Source: Zymomonas mobilis subsp. mobilis ATCC 10988
GTDB lineage: Bacteria > Pseudomonadota > Alphaproteobacteria > Sphingomonadales > Sphingomonadaceae
Assembly (NCBI RefSeq): GCF_000175255.2
Contig: NC_017262.1
Span: 510,001-542,000, forward strand
Reading direction: 5' to 3'
Length of the DNA: 32,000 nt
Position numbers and translations under genes: made by a program. A model generated the notes under the pieces. That model was not told the DNA's origin, did no database searches, and worked only from the letters and a program-made list of their open reading frames with translations. Shown here piece by piece: positions 27,268 to 32,000 of the stretch. How positions within the stretch are numbered: the first letter of the stretch is position 1; every line of letters begins with the position of its first letter.

Positions 27268-28499
27268 TTTTGCTGCCACTTCGGAAGATAGGTTGATCGG
27301 GCAAGATAAGGATTGCGGCGGGTGAAAGCCAGCAACAATCCGAAACCGATAGACATAGCGACAAGAGACGACCCGCCATAACTGATAAAGGGCAAGGTCA
27401 TTCCCTTTGAAGGCAAAAGCTGCACATTCACCGCCATGTTAATTAAAGCCTGCAACCCGAATTGGGTCGCAAGACCTGCCGAGGCCAATAACAGAAAGCC
27501 GTTATCCTCGCCAAGCAGGCGTCTAAAAACCCTTATAACAATAGTGCCATAGATAAGGGCAATGATAATACAGGCCAAAAGGCCAAATTCTTCACCGATA
27601 ACGGAGAAAATATAGTCATTATGGGCTTCAGGTAAGCGAAATTTCTCAATCCCGCTACCAGGACCCACACCGACAAAGCCGCCATTAGTCAAAGTCGCCA
27701 TTGCGCGGTCAACATGATAATGGTCGCCGGTGCCGTTCAAAAAGGCATCAATCCGCGTATGGGCAACAGAATAAAATTCATAGGCCGCGACAACACCTAA
27801 AGCCCCCGCCACACCAAGGCCGACCATCAAGAAAACCGGAATACCTGATAAAAGCAACAAGACCAGCCAGACTCCTGTAAAGATAACTGTCTGGCCGAAA
27901 TCAGGCTGTTTCATCAACAACACACCAATAATCGCCACAAAAAACATTGAGATCGGGATTACCGGTAAATTTTTATCTTTGAAGCGGAAAGAAAGCATCC
28001 AAGCCATCGTAACGACAAAAAAAGGCTTCAAAAATTCCGAAGGCTGGATTTTAAACATCCCGAAACCAAGCCATCGTCTGGCACCATTCACTTCCACACC
28101 TAAAAAAGGCACAAGGAGTAAAAGGAAAAAACACACTGCCGCCCCTAAAATACAGGCACGACGGGCAAGGTCTTTCGGTGCCATGGATACCCCGATCATG
28201 ACGGGGATACCGATAAGGCACCAGAAAATCTGGCGGGTAAAATAATAAAAGGCGGGCTTTCCTTCTTGAGCCGAAATCGCAGGGGATGCCGCGGCAACAG
28301 CAATCACGCCGATTGCAATCAAAAGCGAAATCAGAAAAAGCTGAAAGCGGTCAATTTCCCAAAACCATCGCCCCAAAGCCGAGCGGTCAGCTCGCCCCAG
28401 TCTCTGATTTTTGTTATCTTTCCGCGTTTTTCTTTTCCGGTTTTCGATCACAGAAGCGCTATCGACTTTATCAGATCCGGAATGGTGCATAGCGCCCAT
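27264..28499 (-). CDS. ftsW: SEDS-family peptidoglycan glycosyltransferase FtsW
   Basis: A polytopic FtsW/RodA/SpoVE-type sequence (LPEAHNDYIFSVIGEEFG, GMTLPFISYGGSS) in the canonical position. Its ATG overlaps the murD stop (TAATG). Confidence 0.93.
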   Translation of the reverse strand: MGAMHHSGSDKVDSASVIENRKRKTRKDNKNQRLGRADRSALGRWFWEIDRFQLFLISLLIAIGVIAVAAASPAISAQEGKPAFYYFTRQIFWCLIGIPVMIGVSMAPKDLARRACILGAAVCFFLLLLVPFLGVEVNGARRWLGFGMFKIQPSEFLKPFFVVTMAWMLSFRFKDKNLPVIPISMFFVAIIGVLLMKQPDFGQTVIFTGVWLVLLLLSGIPVFLMVGLGVAGALGVVAAYEFYSVAHTRIDAFLNGTGDHYHVDRAMATLTNGGFVGVGPGSGIEKFRLPEAHNDYIFSVIGEEFGLLACIIIALIYGTIVIRVFRRLLGEDNGFLLLASAGLATQFGLQALINMAVNVQLLPSKGMTLPFISYGGSSLVAMSIGFGLLLAFTRRNPYLARSTYLPKWQQK

Positions 28500-29824
28500 T
28501 AATCAAGCGCCTCCACTATTTTTCTAAAGGCCTGTCCCCTCGCCTCATAATCGCTAAACTGGTCAAAAGAAGCACAAGCCGGAGTCAACATAACGACTTC
28601 ATCAGGCTGGGCTTCTTCCGCTGCCAAACGCACTGCTTTTTCAAGGGTGCCACATTCCACGACGTTCACCCCCGCTTCACGCAATAATTGCGCGTAATCA
28701 GGGCCCGCCTGACCAATCGTGTAGGCCTGACGGATATGATTATAGAAGGCTTTGCAAGGATCAAGGTCAGCTGTTTTCGGCACTCCTCCTAATATCCAGT
28801 GGATAGCCGGAAAAGCCGCCAAAGCAGGGGCTGTTGCCATGGCATTGGTCGCTTTGGAATCGTCAATAAACAAAACACCCCGCCGCTCACCGATTTTTTG
28901 CATCCGATGAGGCAACCCCGCGTAACTAACCAAGGCTTTTGAAATAACATCATCCGAGATACCCAGAATATGGGCAACGGCCATCGCTAAAACGGCATTT
29001 TGAGCATTATGAGGGCCCTGCAAATTCGGCCAATTTATTTGATCTTCTGCCGAAATATTATCAGCATGCACCGTGACCAAATGGGCAGCCGACTGCTTGG
29101 CAATTACCTGACTAGGGATATCATCCGTTGCAATAACGGCATAATGTGGCGATGATTGCAGTAAAAATAGTCGTTCTTTCGCTTTGCGATAACCTTCAAA
29201 ACCGCCATGCCGATCGAGATGGTCCGGCGTAATATTGGTCAAAACCGCAATATCGCAATCAAGGGTAAAGGTCAGATCAATCTGATAGCTGGATAATTCC
29301 AACACATAGACCCCACCATCGGGCAAAGGATCTGCTGCTAATAAAGGCAAACCAATATTACCACCCATCAAGGTCGGGAGACCCGCCTCTTTCAAAATAT
29401 GATGGATCAGCGCGGTTGTCGTCGATTTACCATTTGTTCCAGTGATGCCGACAACGGGGCAACGCCGTCCATGTCTTTCCCAAAATCCATGGGCTTGGGC
29501 AAATAACTCGATATCGCCAATAATCGGGATACCGCGTTCTTTCGCCAAAGCGGCAATCGGATGACGATTGATTGGGATACCGGGAGATACGACAAAGGCC
29601 GATATGCCAAAAATATCAGCAATCATCGGGTCGGCAATAACCAGCCGTCCTTTATCAATCGCTTCTTGATATTGCTGTTGCAGTCGATCGCGGGTTTCAG
29701 GATTATTATCCCAAGCCATCACCTTGGCATCTGATGCCAAAAGGGCAGCTACAGTGGCCATGCCTGATCGGGCAAGGCCTAAAACCGCATAAAACTGACC
29801 GGAAAAAACGGGGCTAGTAATCAT
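28499..29824 (-). CDS. murD: UDP-N-acetylmuramoylalanine--D-glutamate ligase
   Basis: It has [15 protein letters not shown] (Rossmann) and [11 protein letters not shown] (P-loop). The start is set at ATG 29824, which forms an ATGA overlap with the mraY stop. The track's extra 28 codons lie inside mraY. Confidence 0.93.
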   Translation of the reverse strand: MITSPVFSGQFYAVLGLARSGMATVAALLASDAKVMAWDNNPETRDRLQQQYQEAIDKGRLVIADPMIADIFGISAFVVSPGIPINRHPIAALAKERGIPIIGDIELFAQAHGFWERHGRRCPVVGITGTNGKSTTTALIHHILKEAGLPTLMGGNIGLPLLAADPLPDGGVYVLELSSYQIDLTFTLDCDIAVLTNITPDHLDRHGGFEGYRKAKERLFLLQSSPHYAVIATDDIPSQVIAKQSAAHLVTVHADNISAEDQINWPNLQGPHNAQNAVLAMAVAHILGISDDVISKALVSYAGLPHRMQKIGERRGVLFIDDSKATNAMATAPALAAFPAIHWILGGVPKTADLDPCKAFYNHIRQAYTIGQAGPDYAQLLREAGVNVVECGTLEKAVRLAAEEAQPDEVVMLTPACASFDQFSDYEARGQAFRKIVEALD

Positions 29825-30891
29825 CTTAACTTCAACGTTGCTAGACCAAGCAAAGCCAGAGCAAAACTGATAATCCAGAAACGGATCACCACGGTCGGCT
29901 CTGACCAACCCAGTTGTTCAAAATGATGGTGAAGCGGTGCCATACGGAATACGCGCCGCTTAAAACGTTTGTAGAAACCGACCTGAATAATCACCGACAA
30001 GGCTTCTGCGACGAAAAGGCCACCAACAATGCCCAAAACGATTTCATGATGGGTCGCAACCGCAATCGTGCCAAGGCATCCCCCCAAAGCAAGGCTCCCC
30101 GTATCACCCATAAAGATGGCCGCAGGCGGTGCATTAAACCACAGAAAAGCAAAACCCGCCCCGATAATCGCCCCTGTCAAAATCGTTAACTCTCCGGCAC
30201 CGGGGACATGAGGAATACCGAGATAATGTGCAAAAACGGCATTACCAACGACATAACTGATAACGAAAAAGGCAAGACTGGCAATAATCACCGGCATCGT
30301 TGCCAGACCATCAAGCCCATCGGTCAGATTGACAGAATTGGCAGTGCCAACAATCACAAAAGCTGCAAAGGGATAATAAAACCAACCAAGGTCAATCACA
30401 GGGCCATTATAAAAAGGCAAATAGAGTTGGGTATTGCCGTCTTTCAAAATCAGATAACAGGCAAAAAAGGCAATCCCAAATTCCCATAACAGCCGGACTT
30501 TACCGGAAACACCCCGCGTTGAATTTTGGGTTACTTTGTCATAATCGTCGATAAATCCGATCACACCAAAGCCTAACATCACTGCGATACAAGCCCAAAC
30601 ATAGGGATTGGTAAAATCCATCCATAGAAAAAGCGAGATAGAGACCGCGATCAAAATCATCAGCCCCCCCATCGTCGGGGTGCCAGCCTTTGCTAGATGC
30701 GTTTTCGGGCCATCATCACGGATAGGTTGCCCTTTATGCTGGTGAATACGCATCCAGCCAATAAAACGCGGGCCAAAAATCAAACCGATTAACAAGGCGG
30801 TGATAGCCGCCGCCCCTGTTCTGAAAGTAATATAACGGATCAGATTAAATAATCGGGAAAAGCCTTCCGCCGAGGCAATCAGATAGAACAT
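29821..30891 (-). CDS. mraY: phospho-N-acetylmuramoyl-pentapeptide transferase
   Basis: A polytopic protein with MraY motifs ([39 protein letters not shown]). Confidence 0.96.
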   Translation of the reverse strand: MFYLIASAEGFSRLFNLIRYITFRTGAAAITALLIGLIFGPRFIGWMRIHQHKGQPIRDDGPKTHLAKAGTPTMGGLMILIAVSISLFLWMDFTNPYVWACIAVMLGFGVIGFIDDYDKVTQNSTRGVSGKVRLLWEFGIAFFACYLILKDGNTQLYLPFYNGPVIDLGWFYYPFAAFVIVGTANSVNLTDGLDGLATMPVIIASLAFFVISYVVGNAVFAHYLGIPHVPGAGELTILTGAIIGAGFAFLWFNAPPAAIFMGDTGSLALGGCLGTIAVATHHEIVLGIVGGLFVAEALSVIIQVGFYKRFKRRVFRMAPLHHHFEQLGWSEPTVVIRFWIISFALALLGLATLKLR

Positions 30892-32000
30892 GCACAGCCC
30901 TTTTTCGAAAGAGACGAAACCACCGTGGATAATCCCAGACTATTCGACCCTTTAACCAACAAAATATCATCGGCTTTCAATATCTCATCCAAAAGCGCTT
31001 CTGCCTGATCGGCCTTTTCTATTCGATCACACGCGATTTTACCGGCAAGGCTTTCTTCCAAAGCAGCCATTTCCTGACCGACCAATAAAACGTGATCTAC
31101 TTTTGCATGGGATAAGGGGTCTGCCAATGCCCGATGATAAGCGGCAGAATTTTGACCTAATTCCAGCATATCGCCTAATAAAACGATACGTCTTTTGTCT
31201 TTTGGCTCATTTTCTAAAGCCTTGATCGTTGCCGCCATTGATGCTGGATTGGCGTTATAGCTTTCGTCAATAACAATAGCGCTTCCATCTCCAACAGGGA
31301 TATCAAAACGCTGTCCCCTACCTTGGAAACCGGTAATATCACCCAAGGCCAAACTAGCTAAGGTTAAATCACCGCCAACCGCATCCACCACCGCCAAAAC
31401 AGCCATCGCATTTGAAATCCAATACTCGGCAGCCATCGCCATAGAAAAGACAAGTTGGCGATCACGAATAGAGGCGGTTACAAGCACACGCCCATCTGCC
31501 TCACGAACGATATTCTGGGCGCGAATGGTTGCCCCTTCGCCAAAACCAAAACTACGAATTTCAGCCTTTTTCTCTTGGACTTTAGCTGTCAATAAATCGC
31601 GATAAGGGGAATCATGAGGGATAATAGCGATCCCGCCCGATAATAGACCTTCAAATATTTCGCTTTTCGCTTCGGCAATAGCGGTCTCATCTGCAAAAAA
31701 AGCAGCATGTGCCGGTGCAATCGCCGTTATCAAGGCAACATCAGGCTGAACAAGCTTGGTCAGATCAGATAATTCCCCCGCATGATTCATACCCATTTCA
31801 AAAATACCGAAAAGACTTTCTTCCGGCATACGGGCGAGGCTCAAAGGAACACCGACATGATTATTATAGCTTTTTAGCGAATAATGGACTTTCTCCGGTG
31901 CCATTCTTTCCAAGGCAAGACGCAAGGATTCTTTGGTGCTGGTTTTCCCGACTGATCCGGTGATGCCGATAATTTTACCATGGTTGCGTTTTCTGGATGC
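30879..32000 (-). CDS. murF: UDP-N-acetylmuramoyl-tripeptide--D-alanyl-D-alanine ligase, 3' part; the gene start is outside the window
   Basis: The frame stays open from the track's apparent start (a TTG codon at 31925) to position 32000. It reads [31 protein letters not shown]..., which includes the Mur ligase P-loop. It overlaps mraY by 13 nt. Confidence 0.93.
   Translation of the reverse strand, partial: ASRKRNHGKIIGITGSVGKTSTKESLRLALERMAPEKVHYSLKSYNNHVGVPLSLARMPEESLFGIFEMGMNHAGELSDLTKLVQPDVALITAIAPAHAAFFADETAIAEAKSEIFEGLLSGGIAIIPHDSPYRDLLTAKVQEKKAEIRSFGFGEGATIRAQNIVREADGRVLVTASIRDRQLVFSMAMAAEYWISNAMAVLAVVDAVGGDLTLASLALGDITGFQGRGQRFDIPVGDGSAIVIDESYNANPASMAATIKALENEPKDKRRIVLLGDMLELGQNSAAYHRALADPLSHAKVDHVLLVGQEMAALEESLAGKIACDRIEKADQAEALLDEILKADDILLVKGSNSLGLSTVVSSLSKKGCACSI

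Noticed and set aside
1-32000. Scan for CRISPR arrays, tRNA, rRNA or tmRNA genes, prophage or integrase genes, toxin-antitoxin pairs and known defence-system hallmarks
   Set aside because: None was found. There are no regularly spaced direct repeats and no GC-rich cloverleaf-like segments in the spacers. Every ORF above about 100 codons that is not a shadow ORF is accounted for by the annotated genes.

Overview
The window looks like a chromosomal segment from an alphaproteobacterium. The gene order, moderate GC in genes and very AT-rich spacers suggest a Sphingomonadales or Zymomonas-like organism, but that is inference only. About 27 kb (8.3-32 kb) is housekeeping sequence on the minus strand. 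It holds the distal dcw division and cell-wall cluster murF-mraY-murD-ftsW-murG-murC-murB-ddl-ftsQ-ftsA-ftsZ. Downstream of that come a TPR+SPOR protein translationally coupled to a ClC channel, then dgt-argS-SPOR, then alaS. The first 8 kb is more accessory-like. It contains the 5' part of a sigma54 AAA+ activator with no N-terminal sensor domain, which the ORF track misses because the gene runs off the edge. It also contains a 0.78 kb extremely AT-rich spacer and an Alg9/PIG-B-like (GT22, GT-C fold) membrane mannosyltransferase gene split by an 849 bp IS5-family (IS427/IS1301-like) element with a 2 bp TA duplication. An OprB-family porin with a long low-complexity N-terminal extension and a KefB/CPA2 antiporter complete this part. 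Several longest-ORF calls in the track overshoot the real starts. alaS and the TPR-SPOR gene would read through terminators. murB, murD and murG start at ATGA stop/start overlaps. murF starts outside the window. I found no CRISPR array, tRNA or rRNA gene, recognisable defence or toxin-antitoxin module, or sigma54 promoter. I cannot honestly point to a convincing new multi-gene system. The most interesting items are the exactly reconstructable IS insertion into a eukaryote-type GT22 homologue, the sensor-less sigma54 activator beside the AT-rich spacer, and the ftsZ-proximal TPR-SPOR/ClC coupled pair.
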